A stretch of 64,000 nt of DNA from Mobula hypostoma (lineage: Eukaryota), in contig NC_086108.1 in assembly GCF_963921235.1 (NCBI RefSeq), forward strand, positions 85,996,001-86,060,000. The letters are read 5' to 3'. A model generated the notes under the pieces. The model saw only the letters and a list, made by a program, of their open reading frames with translations. It ran no database searches and was not told the origin of the DNA. Shown here piece after piece: positions 1-13,002 of the stretch. Position numbers and translations under genes: made by a program. The first letter of the stretch is position 1, and each line of letters opens with the position of its first letter.

Positions 1-1287
1 CACATTGATGTGGTCAAACCAGCACTCAGGGACTTCGAAAGGTCCCCAGGGTGCCCGAACGCGACAGTTCATTTTTGCCTGCTGACACACAACACAGGCA
101 GGACTACAGTCTCGCATATCCTTCCTAAGGACGTGCCACATAAACTTTAAAGCAACCAGTTTCTCTGAAGTCTTCCACCTGGACAGGGGAGGCTGTGGAT
201 GGAGTTAAAAGCAGTAGGCCTCCAGTTTGCAGGCAGTATAGGGTGAGGGCGACCAGTTGAGACATTGCACAGGAGAGAAACTCCTGCGTCCCTGAATTTA
301 ACATCAGCCAATAGCAGCCTGTGACTGTTGTCCCCTAAACCTGGACCTCTGGATAGGTAGCTTGGTCAGCTAGCCTGCTGGCATTGCCATACACATTGGG
401 GTTGATGTTGATGGCAGGTCACGAGAGGCAATTGGCCACTGCATTGTTTTTCCCTTCAATGTACTGTCAGTTGTGAATTCTGAAATGTAGGCCAGGCAAT
501 GGTGCTGTTGTGCAGACCAGGGCCCTGATGCTTTGGCCATTGTGTGGAAGGTGGTGGGGCAGTTGTGATCAACGAACACTGTGAAATGCCCACCCTCTAG
601 TAGAAACGAGAGTGACGGATGGCCACATAGAGACCGCGAATCTTATGGTCAGATATGCTGTAGTTCCTCTCGTCTGTAGTGGAGCTGCCTGCTGAAGAGG
701 GCGTGTGGCTCCCTCGCACTCCCAACCGTTTGAGCACAGCACCCACTGTCCGAGGTGTCAGTAGTGATGGCTTTAGGTGCATTGGGGAGTGGGTGCGGCA
801 GTAGGGTTGCGCTCGAAAGAGCTTGTTTGGTGTCATCAAATGCTCTGGTCATGTCTGCTGACCATCCAAGTATGCAATTAGGAGCACTATACAAGGGTAG
901 CACAAGTTCAGCAGCTTGTGATAGAAATTCACTATACCTAAAAACTCTTGCTGTGTGGGCCAGTGGAATGTCCATAATAACGATGACTTTGGATGGCAGG
1001 GATGTCAAACCTTCTGCAGAGATACAGTGGCCAAGAAAGTCAATAATAGACAACCTGAACTGGCATTTAGAGGGGTTAACCATCAGCCCATGTTGGCGTA
1101 AGTACTTGAAAAGTATACAAAGATGTAATAACTGTCCTGTTTTGGATGCACTGCCGACAAGCATATTGTTTGCGTAAACATAAAGAATATTGAAGTCTTT
1201 TAACAGAGTCCATTAGTCACTGGAAGATCTATGCTGCATTTTTCAGCCAGGATAGCATGAGCAGAAGCTCAAATAGGACAAATGGAG

Positions 1288-1915
1288 TTAGATTAGATTA
1301 TGAAGGCACGTAGTCTTCTTTTATTGTCATTTAGTAATGCATGCGTTAAGAAATGATACAATATTTCCTCCGGTGTGATATCACAAAACACAGGACAGAC
1401 CAAGACTGAAAAAACTGACAAAACCACATAATTATAGCATATAGTTACAACAGTGCAACAATACCATAACTTGATGAAGAAGTCTATGAGCACAGTAAAA
1501 GTTCAAGGTCTCTCAAATGTCCCACATCCCACACAGAGGGGAGAAGGAAGAAACACTCTCCCTGCCATGCTGACCACGATCCGACTCTGAGTCATCCGAA
1601 AACTTTGAGCTCTGATCAGCCCTCCGACACCGAGTACTGAGCGCCATCCTTGTCCGAACGATTCGATCTCACCCTCGGTCGCCAACAGCAGGCAAAGCCG
1701 GGGATTTTGAGGCCTACCCTCCAAAAGTTTCCCTATCACACAGTAATGACAGCAGCGAACGAGCGTTTCAGAAATTTCTCCAGATGTTCCTCTGTGCTTT
1801 CATGTCCATTCTCCATCAAATCAGAATTGTCCACGGCCCCTATTTAACAGATATGATATTATTTTCCACCGGAGGGCTGCGCACGCGCAGGCGTGCTGCT
1901 CTCTCTCCTCCCACT
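1288..1915 (-). mobile_element. Non-autonomous, ORF-less non-LTR retroposon inserted in the Gypsy RT
   Basis: Splits the RT motif PKTAVVT|PFxLFE. Minus-strand 3' end has AATAAA followed by an (ATCTA)n tail. Confidence 0.65.
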
Positions 1916-3383
1916 GTGACAACAGCAGTTTTGGAATTTCTCCAGTGCACACAGGCTTCTGATGGTAGCCCCTGACTAAGTCCATTTAAGAAAAATTATC
2001 TTTCTGCCTAAACATGCCAAAAAGTCTTGAGTATGAGGTAACGATTGGGTTGGCGGTCTCATTAAGGCGGCAGTAATTGCCACATGGACAGCAACCACCA
2101 ACAGACTTAAGCACCTTGTGGAGGGGTAAAGCCCAGGGGCTATTTGACCTGCCTACAAAGCCAAGCATTTCCATGTTAGCAAACTCAGCCTTCATGCTGG
2201 TCAACTTTTGCGTCCAGTCTATGTGCACAGGCGAGGACGAGTGAGTCAGTTGTGGAAGGGTGGTGCTCCACCCCATGTTCTGTGACCATAATGGAAAGTG
2301 TCGGCTTTGTAAAGTTTGGGAATTCGCCCAGCACGTGAGTGAATTCACATGTGGTGGTGCATGCTCTACACAGTTGTCGTGGGGAATTTAGTGGGGACAT
2401 ACGATAATGACCCAAAGTCCCTTGTGTCCACAACTGGCAGTTCTTAAGATCTACTAGAAGTTCTTTATGCAGAGGAAATTTGTGGTGAGCAAAGGTCTAG
2501 CAGCTTTAGCCAAGGCAAAGTCCCATGCGTACGAGCTCTGCTGAAACAGAGCAGCATGCATAGTGTGCCACAAGTCCAGATCCAGCTGCCACTGGTGGCC
2601 TCCAGCGAGGGTCCATTGCTTTCTATTTTATACTCAACTGGCGATGTTGACAGCACACTCATCTGAGTGCCCGTGTCACACAGGAAGCATTGCCCTGAAA
2701 GGTTTCCGTAATGAGCAATAGATGATCCTGCAGCTGGAACTCACGGTGTTCACAGATCTCTGACATCCTGATGCACAAGCACTGTCGAAGCTGCAAGGCG
2801 GTCAGCACATCTTGCTGATTATGCGGAAGTGTGCGCCGTAAAAACATAGGCCCAATGTTGTTTGCTTTGAAGCTGCGGGTCTGAGTGTGCTGGAGGCTCT
2901 GCTGACAGGCCTTATTGAGACAGGGAAAGGAAAGTGAAAGATGCATCTCTGCGTGGTTGAGTGTAGACTATCAGCCATTTTAGCAGGCTCCTCATAGTCC
3001 CTCATGGGTATATTAGCAAGGACTGTACAAACTTGATCAGGCATTTGTTGCATAAGGAGCTCTTTAAAAATAAAACAAGGATGATGATTACCAAGGAGAG
3101 ATAACATGTGGTCCGTTAGCTCTGAAGGCCTAGCATTACCCAAGGCCAGGCAAGGAGAGCAACTGTTTGGCCCACTCACACTCAGGCAGACCAAAAGTCT
3201 GTTATAGACGAGTTTTCAAGTGGCATATTTATCACGTGCAGACTGCTCATCTAGTTGACTCACCTCTCTGGCTGCAGTAGAAATACTAAATGGGGCTACG
3301 ACGTAGTAAAATTTGGTATTGTCCGCCATGATTTCTTGCAGCGCAAACTGGGCTTTCACCTACGCAAATCACCCAGCAGCTTT

Positions 3384-4255
3384 TGTTACATGCTCAAGGA
3401 GATCTGTGTTTTTTGTGAGAATGATGTAATGGTCTTTTGGAGGTCACCTGATGTGATTTTCCCGCTGATGTGAGGTCACGTGATGACATGTGCCCCCGTG
3501 ACTATATAAGGGTCGACCCAGGTGACACAGTTAGTTTTTGAGTTTGTAGATTTCCAGGTAGAACGTGTTGTGCCTCCGTTTCTGTTGTGTGTTTGTTTCT
3601 GTGACGCAGTTTCATTTTTAAAATGGAAGGTGTGTGCTCTTACAAGGTATTGTATTTGGACTGGAAATTTGTGGCTGGAAGTGCCAATTTACTCAATTCC
3701 GACAGTTTTGAAGGGAGAGTGAAGAATTCATCGAAGTGAAGGATCGAGACAAGTCGGCATGGTTTGGCAGTTTAATAAAGGATCGACCTTATTGAGTCTT
3801 CGTTGAAGAGAAGCTGCATTGAGATAACTCTTGTAAAAGCGCAATGAGTTCATGCACAAAGGCTCTCTCTCTCTAAACAATTTAAGGTTAGTTGATTTAA
3901 ACTGTTTATTTTCGGCATCGGGAATCCTGTGGACAGAACCGGCAGTAAAGGTGCGTCGGTGAAGAAATCGTCCTCCAGCGAAGTCTCTCCCAGTTGAATG
4001 TGTAAAACTGCTGGACTTTCGAAGTTATTGCTTTAAGAACTATATCAGACTGTATCGCTTTAAGAACTGTTTCCACATTTAACGCTTTAAGAACCAGGGC
4101 CAAGTGGAGTTGATGAACGGCTGCGTACCTGTTAACCTCCAGTTAAAGTTTTCCTTTGTTTTCTTTTCCTTATCGCTTATACGTGTTTAATAAGTGTTTG
4201 GTTGTTTTTATAAAACCTGTATCGATTAATATTCATTGTTGCCGGTTACGTAACA
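3384..4255 (+). mobile_element. Solo LTR (872 bp) inserted in Gypsy gag
   Basis: TGTTAC...GTAACA termini, perfect 4-bp TSD CTTT (3380-3383 / 4256-4259), TATATAA at ~3504. Confidence 0.9.
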
Positions 4256-4328
4256 CTTTAAAGGGACTGCATTGGTTGAACTGTCATTGAGTTACTTTGG
4301 AATAACCCAAGAGTATCAGGGTCGCCAA

Positions 4329-4550
4329 TGTAGGATTTTGCGACTAAACCATGCGAAAGTCATATTATGTGCTTAACAAGAACCGCAGCCCTTTACTTCC
4401 ATTATGAACAAACCAAAAGTGGCTACCTTACACTGACGTCATTATGTCAGACCCTGTCTCTTAAAGTGAACACAACAACTCAATGACGGTGTGGAATACT
4501 CTCTATTCTGAACAATATAAATCTTCTGTCACCCATTACATTACCCTACA
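4329..4550 (-). repeat. 5' LTR (222 bp) of the Gypsy element
   Basis: Inverted termini TGTAGG...CCTACA, followed on the minus strand by the PBS-like T-TGGCGACCC; homologous to 52373-52586. Confidence 0.85.
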
Positions 4551-5599
4551 GTGGGATGATGGCAGCCATCCATGATTGGTGTTCTACTGAAGAGGTCATG
4601 TTGGCTTGGGAGTGTCCAATGAGAGGCAGCCTTAGGATGGTATGATCCAAGTAGAGCAACGTGCCGCGAGCCACATCATCACCATATGTGATAGGGATCA
4701 TTAAATCAGTACAAGAAGAGACCAGTGCATGAAAGTGCCTGATCAAATTTCTGAATGTAAAATGACCTTGAAATTGCTATTATATTTCACACTGGGGAAA
4801 GGAATGGTTTGTACTTTCACAGCACGGAGACAAACACTACAATGCATTTGAAATTCTGGGTCACTCTTTCATGCACACAAGAAAAAAAAATGTTCAGCCC
4901 AAACACGTTGTAGTGTTCTGCTGAGTTCATCTTCACACTGAAACTGAATTTGAAATGGGAAAGATGGGTAAAGTTTAACAAATACCAAAGAAAGATAACA
5001 AGAACCAGCGAACTCACAGGATGAAGAGCATTGAGTATTTTAGAATGTTTTTGAAACTGTAAAAACAGCACCTTGAAGTGGGAAGACTAGAAAGCACATG
5101 GTAAGGGAATGTGATAATTAGTGAATCAGATTTTTAAATTAATAATTGCAGATAACAAGCACATGCAGGAAGAATTGATCTCATCCTGATGTTTTCAATG
5201 GGTTATCAGACCACAGGAAATAACATTTGTGTGCAGTGTTCATGCCAGTGTTTGCCCATGATCATACTGGGCATCTGAAATGAGTTTACTGCTGGCTGGA
5301 GACAGCTGCTCAACCCCACGCCACAGTAGGTGGAAGGTTTACATGGAGGCTGTTAGTACTGCGATGATGTAATTTATCCATGATAAAGTTGTATAATAAA
5401 ATTAGCAACATCAGTAAACAGTAAAAGGGGTAGATGTAGGTGTGGTGAGGGGATTGAATGTGAGAAACAAGGCAAAAGACAGCTGATTACATATATTGTT
5501 AATTTTAAGTCTTTTCCCCTTTTTCTTTTTTTCCTATTTACTTCTCCCTTTGTTACACCAGTCTTTACCACCCCTTTTTAGCTGGCAGCATCACCACTT

Positions 5600-5815
5600 G
5601 GGTCACCCTTTTTCTCCAGGTCTATCCCCATAGGCATTCTCATAGTTCTACCACCACCAAAGGATGTTCTTCAAAGCAATAAAGTCTAGCGAACTCATTT
5701 GGGATTTAGGTTAATTGGTTATTGTAAACTGTTCCATGATTAGCCTAGGATTAAATCAGGGGTTGCTGGGTGCGCGGCTCAAAGGGCCAGAAGGGCCGAT
5801 TCTGTGCTGTATCTT
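5600..5815 (+). mobile_element. Degenerate SINE (V-SINE/HE1-like) with CR1-like 3' tail
   Basis: Contains 'ttaggttaattggttattgtaaactg' and ends in 'gggccagaagggccgattctgtgctgtatct'. Confidence 0.5.
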
Positions 5816-6189
5816 TTATTGATCTTATCTATTTATTTCTTTGTTTGTTCATTTACTACCTGGCCCAGGGAATTTCTGTTCATTTTTTTTCTGCCTTGTA
5901 AACTTGAATTTGAAGTGTGAGTTGTATCTCTAGATTCCAATGACCTATCCCCATCGTATTATCAACAAGACAGTTTTTAGTCCATATTAAAGCCTGCCTT
6001 TGGATCCCATTCTTTCTTTCTATTTTAAGTTGGAGTGGTGCCAATCTACAGGGTGGTCTATCTGCTGACTATTCTTCCTTACAAATTGTTTTTTTTACCC
6101 CAAATTAACACTCTGTCTGTGAATTCTATTCACACTTACCTTTCAAAGCATTGGCCATTGTATTTTTGGGTTTCTATTGGAGGCAGTTG

Positions 6190-6470
6190 GCTCAGGTCCT
6201 GTTCTGGAAAGACTTGAGCACAGAATACTGCTTTAACATTCCAGTGGAGAACTGAAACCCTATTAATGGTTCCATATTTTGGATAAGTTGTTAACACGAG
6301 TCTCTGTTGGCCCTCTTATGTGCATGTGAAACGTCACATGGTTTCTCAAAGAACAGAAAGATTATCTTCATCTTAGATTGGAAAACAGGTTTTATGGTCT
6401 TTGTCAGATTAGTGCTTGTGAGAGTTTGTTGTGGAAATTCTGACTTGCCGTGTTTCTTGGAATAAAATAG
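6190..6470 (+). mobile_element. Ancient Deu-domain-like SINE relic, copy 1
   Basis: 'ggataagttgttaacacgagtctctgttggccctcttatgtgcatgtgaaa..cacatgg' resembles the Deu core (ggatgagacgttaaaccgagg...gtggacgtaaaagatcccatgg). Confidence 0.5.
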
Positions 6471-6899
6471 TGTTTTCTCTTCAGAGGAAGATTATTAAGT
6501 TTAAAGTAATTAGCAATGTTCTGAAAGGGCTGTAAGAGTTGATATATAAAGGCACTTCTTTCTTTCTTTCTTTTTTCATTTACAGTAATCATTCCATCTT
6601 TGGCTGTGGGTGTGAAATCTTTCTACAATGGGGATTACTAAATGAGTTAAATGGAAGATCATTTGTCCTCCCTTTATCCTGCCTTTAGAAATCAAAACAG
6701 ATTGAAACTCTCTAGCCTGATGTCCTTGAGACTTGACCAATACTAGGCCACAGAAAACGCTGGACTAGAAATGACTGCAAGAACCCCCAATGTAAATATA
6801 TGCTTAACCCCCTAGACTTAAACTCTGTACATCCCTTAAATGGCCTCTCGCTTTGAACAAGCAGCTGCACGCATCAACAAAGGAGATTGGTCTTGTCAG

Positions 6900-7115
6900 T
6901 TTCCAAAGGAGATCCCTTAATTGTCACTCCTAGATTCAGAACTGAGACTATGTTGATGGTGCCATTGTTTGGATAAGATGCTATCGTGAGTCTCTGTCGG
7001 CCTCTTATGTGGAGGTCAAGGTCACCTGGTACTTTGACAAGCAGAAAGATTGACTTCATCTTAGAATGCAAAACAGGTTCAGTAGTCATCATCAGAGAAG
7101 TGTTTGTAGAAGTTT
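6900..7115 (+). mobile_element. Ancient Deu-domain-like SINE relic, copy 2
   Basis: Aligns by eye to 6240-6440 (ggataagatgctatcgtgagtctctgtcggcctcttatgtgg...agaaagattgacttcatcttaga). Confidence 0.5.
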
Positions 7116-7129
7116 GTTTTATTTAATTA

Positions 7130-7400
7130 TTTTATTTATTGAGATATAAGGTGGAATAGCCCCTTCAAGCTGTGCCATCCAGCACTTCCCCTATTTAACC
7201 CTGGATTATCCATAGGAAAATTTACAATGACTAACTAACCTACCAACTGGGTACATCTTAGGACTATGGGATACCCTGAAGCACCTGGAGGAAACCCACA
7301 CAACCACAGGGAGAATGTACAAACACTTTACAGGCAGAGGCAGGATTTGAACTCCGGTCTTCTGTACTGTAAAGCATTGTGCTAACTGCTACACCGCCAC
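7130..7400 (-). mobile_element. tRNA-derived V-SINE-like element
   Basis: Minus-strand head ggcggtgtagcagttagc (A box) and gagttcaaatcc (B box); 'gtgggtttcctccaggtgct' core; (AATA)n tail. Confidence 0.7.
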
Positions 7401-9580
7401 TGTGGAATTGCCTGTGGACATTGACCACAGTAAACTTGCTCAGTTCTGTTTATTTATTTACTGACATCAATTTGTTAAGAGCAAGTTTTTATTACTTATT
7501 TCAAAATCTGCTACTTCAGAAAAAAAAACCCTTATAAAAATGCTGGTACAGTCACCCAGATGGTTTGTCTGCAAATCATTGATGCCAGATTCAAAGCATG
7601 ACAGATTGTGGGAATTGCTGGACTACAAAATGCCAGACTAGAGAGCTTAGACCTGCAGTGGCAAAATAGTAGCTGCAGAGAGAAATGAACAATATACTGC
7701 AGGCAGTCTATACGCATTCTGTTCAAAGTTTTTCCTTGTTGTCAATACATCTGTTTTGCACCAATACCTGAGGCACACTGACTGCCATTGACCTGTCCTT
7801 CTCTCACTCCCTCTTCCACCCCCCCCCCGAAAAAGATAACAGTAAAGTACGGAAGTGGATGCTCCACTTTTACAACATTTATTGCAGAGTCAGTTCTCTT
7901 CTAGAAACAGACAAGAAATACCTTGCAAATCCCTCAAGTCCTTTCAGAAAATAGTTCATAATTATATCTTGCCATTTCATCAGATCACTTAAGCAGGTTA
8001 GAAGTACAATATGGTCTCTTTCTGCAGCAGCTGAAACCCATCTGGAACAGGCGTTACAGTATCTGTTGAGCGGCAACACGGTTATTCTTGCAAAGAGATT
8101 TAGAGAACATAGAACATTACAGTACAGTACACGCCCTTTGGCCCACAATGTTGTTCCGACCTTTTAACCTACTGTAAGATCAATCTAACCATTCCCTGGA
8201 AACAAATAATGGGTTAATCATGGGAGTGATCCTGACTTAAATGATTTCAGTTTACAAGGTACTCTTATCTATCCTCTCTTCAAGTGGGGGAAATAAACAA
8301 AGCATTTAAGAGTCTACAACAACTTAAAAGGAGTCACTATAAAGATTAATGCCTGGGTTTAACAAAACAAGAGCTATTTTTAAGGACCACAGCCAGGCGT
8401 ACGAGAGGTCCAAGGATGAGGTGATGAATATATAACTGAAAGATCTACAGTAATGTAAGATGATCAACTGCAATTCCTTGCATTGCTGCAGCTAAGAGAT
8501 GTCAAGAGAAATAGGGAAAACTCAAAGAATAGTGGATGCACATTCAATTAACCCCTGGAGCTTGGCGGTATCAGCAAGAGGTAATGACCTTACCAGGAAT
8601 ATGAAGTAATGAGAAGCCATCAATATCTTCCAAGAATGCGCTGAATTTAGCTTATTTGCCAAGTAAGTTGATCTCCCTTCCTGATATTTAATTGGTTAAA
8701 TAAGCAGATCTCTACCCAGTATCTAGACAGGCGCAAAACACATATACAGAAAATGCTGGACATACTAAGCAAGTCAGAAAACATCTGTTCAGAGGGGAAT
8801 AATGTCAATCTAAGAGGGTGAAGGGCTTCTATCAGAGTTCAGGCTTCTGCGTTGATAAAGAAAGTTTACTTCATTTCATGGTAAGGAAGAGTAATTTTCA
8901 GTTTTGCATTCATTTTTCAATGAAAATCTGATCACACCAGAGACAGAGAGTGAGAGAAAGGGATATGGAAAGATGAATGATGCATGCTCTTGTAAACTGC
9001 AACACTTCTCTGGTATGAAGAATGGTTAAATTTTAGTGAGAGAGGCTTTAGAGAATGTTATTGATGGAGAAGCACGTGTTAATTGCTGGTTCGTGACGAA
9101 CACCCCTCTTCTTCTCTCTCACCTTTTGTGTGCGGTCAGCAACGTGTCTCGTTAAATCCCTGAAGCACTTCTGGAGTTGGCATCCACATGAGAAGTCTGT
9201 AGGTCAGAAATATTTTCCTGTATTACTTCTCTGCAGGTCACTGAAGAAGAATATGGAAACCCAAATGTACTTGACCCACTGTTAATTCAGAACATACAAT
9301 GTTTCTTGTTCCTGTGTTAACCTGTCATCTATCTTAAGGTAAAGGGTAGAAGATAAAGAGGGAGCCATTTGGATAAGTATGTGTGGGTTATAAACCTCTC
9401 ATAGACCACGAATAACTTAAACCTGATAGAGAAGATCTTGTTGTTGGAACATTACTCCTGAAGGTCTTAAGAACCGAGATCCAAGAACTGAGCTATACTG
9501 GATAATGTTCTGTAGGTGATGGCATAAGCAGAGCTTTGGGAAGTGGCTGTGCAACGATGCTGCATGATAGGTGACATCTA

Positions 9581-9802
9581 CAAGTACACCAACAGCAAAA
9601 CCCAGCGTGCAACACACAAGTACACCAACAGCAAAACCCAGCGTGCAACACACAAGTACACCAACAGCAAAACCCAGCTTGCAACACACAAGTACACCAA
9701 CAGCAAAACCCAGCGTGCAACACACAAGTACACCAACAGCAAAACTCAGCATGCAACACACAAGTTCATCAACAGCAAAACCCAGCGTGCAACACACAAG
9801 TA
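9581..9802. repeat. Minisatellite, about 6 copies of a 36-bp unit CAAGTACACCAACAGCAAAACCCAGCGTGCAACACA
   Basis: Directly visible head-to-tail repeats with few substitutions and no spacers. Confidence 0.97.
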
Positions 9803-10129
9803 ATTGTTTGAACTTCTTCCATCAAGTCAACTCGAGTCAGACACCAAGTGGCAGAGACAGAAATGGAAGGCCTAGAAATTCAATTGTCTAATGCCCCAGC
9901 AACAGTTGGACAGACAAAGTGAATTATGACAGTAGGCAATGTTTTCTTGGATACCCCATCCCATTAATTTAATCTTTCATGCATGTTGATGCAGGACCCT
10001 AGTTCAACAATTGTTATGGGGAGCTTTGTTAATGAGGTTCTTTGTTAATGTTCTTAAGACAAGTCTTTGCAGTTATAAAGGATGTGTATTATCAAAGTCT
10101 AGAAGAAATGTATAAGAAAATGAGGCCTG

Positions 10130-11065
10130 CCATCTTAAGTATATATCTTAAAGTATGTATACTTCATACAATTATGAGAGTTGTCCCCTTACCAGCAGCC
10201 ACAAAACAAAGAAACCTAAGTGGAGGACTCGATGGGCCAAATGGCCAACTTCTGCTCCTTTGTCTTATGGTCTTAGAACCCATTAAAACACAAGCAGGTC
10301 ACCAAACACCCAATGTGCAGAGAAGAAAGACAACAAATTGTGCGAACATAAAAGCAAACATATAGCATTTAGATCTGCAGTTCACAAAAGTGAGTCCACA
10401 GCCCATAGAAGCAATTAGATGCAAGCCGTAGCCTCAGTTCAGTGCAAAGACAAGTAAACCTTGTTGAGCAGCAAGCTGAACTGGCCCGTCCTTTGCCTCC
10501 GGCCCCAACACCCTGACCTTTTCAATCTGGCCCAGTGCTTAAATCATCCAAACCTTGCTCTTGGACCCAGCCCTGCGGCTTCAGTATGCTCTAGGGCCTG
10601 ACCCCCACCACCTAGATTTGGCATGTATCTGACCTTTCCAATTCTGCTCGGCACCTAATCAAACCTGAGGTCTTTCCTGGCCCTTGGGCATGGCTCCACC
10701 TTGGCTCTGCCTACCCCCTGCTCACCTCGGTTCTGCCACTTCAAATTGTTTCCCAGTCTGCTGTAGCAATGGCCATACATTGGCTCACTCTTCACTCTCC
10801 GGCCCAGACACTGCCACCTCGATTTGGACTATACAAGCCGCACCACAACAGTCCTGCACCTTTGAGACTTCAGTTCACTGCAAAAATGCCAGATCGTACA
10901 GGCGGTTGAAAAGCACAACTCTGACAGGGAAGTTACAGGCTATTGCTTGCAGTGATCATTTGCAGGAAAAAGTGCAATAAATGAAGTATTTAGCTGTTTT
11001 TTTTTGCTTTATTTGACACCAGAAAGTCGTCACTGAGCAACAACTGTGCCCTCTTAAACCGGAAA
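10130..11065 (-). mobile_element. Non-autonomous LINE-tailed retroposon, same family as 37580-38130 and 60470-61186
   Basis: Shared internal motif 'accctgaccttttcaatctggcc..g.gcttaaatca'; LINE-like 3' UTR 'cagccacaaaacaaagaaac'; a short CR1 tail is embedded at ~10220-10275. Confidence 0.6.
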
Positions 11066-12611
11066 GACAGACCAGAGCACTTTACTTCACTAGATGTACA
11101 AGCACTTTCTGATACCAGAAAGCGGGAACTTTAACAGGGTTCCTCTGTGGGACTAACAGATGTTCCTCTTAATGACCAAGAGTGCCATAATGTGAGGGTG
11201 AACGAAGGTCTGCTTAATTTTGGAATCCATGTCATCCTGTGGAGGTCCCCAGGGAACATTTTCATTTACAGGCTCAATAAAGGAGTAACTGTTGAACTAA
11301 GAAGTTTGAACATCGAAGTTGCCATGGAGTTCCTGTGCATCACAAGTTTTATTTTCTTTATGAGTCCTGGTAACTTACGTAAGTGCAATGTGAATATATA
11401 CTATAGAGTTTCTTACAAACCCAGCAATGGCAGAAATACAAAGGACTGCAGGTCAGGCAGATCAGAGAATAATTTCTTGAACAGAATGAGAGTGGCAAAC
11501 AATCTATTATAGACTGCATAATACAAGCCTATTAATTTGCACAGAAACTATCTTTACCATTTTATTTTCTTCAGAACTTGATTGAAATGCTCTTATCAGA
11601 ATTTAAGACGATACTTTTGTATCAGTTTGACTCTTGTATGAGATTAACTCTGATTGAGGTGTGTTACATTGACTTCACTTTCTCTGTAATCTGAGTGGGC
11701 TGACTATTTTCCAGAGAATTGATTGGACGGAATTAGGTTGACTCTTGGTGATTGAGGGAAAAAAATAATTGGACTCTGATACTTAAAGGATGAACATGCG
11801 GAGAAACTAATTAGAAAATACGATAAAAAAATCAACTTTGATTGGCGTACTGCACAGATGCAACAGAAACGTTCCGCTCAGGTCCGGTGAAGAGTTTTAA
11901 AAAGGAAGAAGTTTTTCGATGCGGGTCGTTGACTGGAGTACTATGCAGATGCAACAGAAATATTCTGGTGAAGAGCTTTAAAAACACAGTCTCTATAAAA
12001 GAGGTACCGCCTAGAGTAGTGGTCCTCAGAGTGGTCTGAGTCAGAATAGTAAGGGTTTTGTGAGAACAGGCAGAGGCAAGGTAAGTAGGAAAGTTCATTC
12101 CCTATTTCTTATTTCTTTTTCTGAATTAACTCTTGAGAGAATAGGGGGTATGTCTGCAAGCCAGGGTTCTGTTCTGAGTGTCAGACATGAGGTTTCTGGG
12201 AGACTTCCAGCCTCCCCGATGGCCACATCTGCACCAGGTGCATCGAGATGCAACTCCTTAGAGACCGAGTCAGGGAACTGGAGCTGCAACTAGATGACCT
12301 TCAGCTTGTAATGGAAAGTGCAGCAGTGATAGACAGGAGCTAAAGGGAGGTAGTCACCCCAAGGCTACAAGAGACAGATAAATGGGTGATTGTCAGGAGA
12401 AGGAAGGGAGAACGTCAGATAGTGGAGAACACCCCTGTCACTGTCCCTCTCAACAATAAGAACTCTATTTCAAGTACTGTTGGGGGGTGAGGTGGAGCGA
12501 CGTGGAGGAAGCAACAGCGTCCGTGCCTCTGGCACTGAGTCTGGCCCTGTAGTTCAGATGGTTAAAGAATGGCCGCAGTAATAGGGGACTCGAAACTTAG
12601 GGGGAAGAGAT

Positions 12612-13002
12612 TGTTGCAAGGACGAGGCTGAGGACGAACCCAAGTGCAGGACACAGGCGTGGAGGCGGAGTCGTGAGGCGTTAGCACTGCTGCGAATGGG
12701 GAACTGGTGTCCAGGAGAGTCTTTACACGGATTCAAGGTTTACATAGAGTATCCAGGAAACAACGTGGAACTTAGAACTGACAGTCCCAAGGAATCAGGA
12801 AACAAGGTTTACTCACACTAGAGTCAACCAACGAACTGGCACAGCATGGCTGTACCGCCTGAGTTTTATCCTATGTTGCTAATGGGAACCAGGTGTGCTG
12901 TAATTAGTGGAACTGGGAATGACTGGAAATCAGACGAGGGGATTAAGGCCCAATTTAAGGAGGTAATAGCAAGATGGGGAATTGCCAGAGAGGACCATGA
13001 CA
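12612..13002 (-). repeat. 3' LTR of the chromovirus
   Basis: tgttgcaagg...ccatgaca, adjacent to the polypurine tract; colinear with 18230-18620. Confidence 0.95.

Larger units (their letters stand above)
1..4550 (-). mobile_element. Decayed Ty3/Gypsy LTR retrotransposon (5' LTR, PBS, gag, protease, RT, RNase H, start of integrase); 3' end lies outside the window
   Basis: Minus-strand fragments: gag (2802-3194, LGNARPSELTDHMLSLLG), protease FLCDTGTQMSVL (~2650-2690), RT N-terminus (SNSPWALPLHKV, 1986-2348), RT (HGLMVNPSKCQF..IDFLGH, 649-1164), RNase H (370-839), integrase start RFDHINV at 1-20. LTR and TGGCGACC PBS at 4317-4550. Confidence 0.9.

Noticed and set aside
8594..9196. Possible minus-strand exons 9123-9196 and 8594-8680 with good GT donors
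   Set aside because: Phases do not join to the 7922-8062 candidate, acceptors are weak and the peptides are unrecognised.
9417..9891. Cys-rich and Ser/Thr/Pro-rich repeat ORFs; CRISPR-like appearance
   Set aside because: Products of a 36-bp tandem repeat with no spacers and no cas genes, in eukaryotic context.
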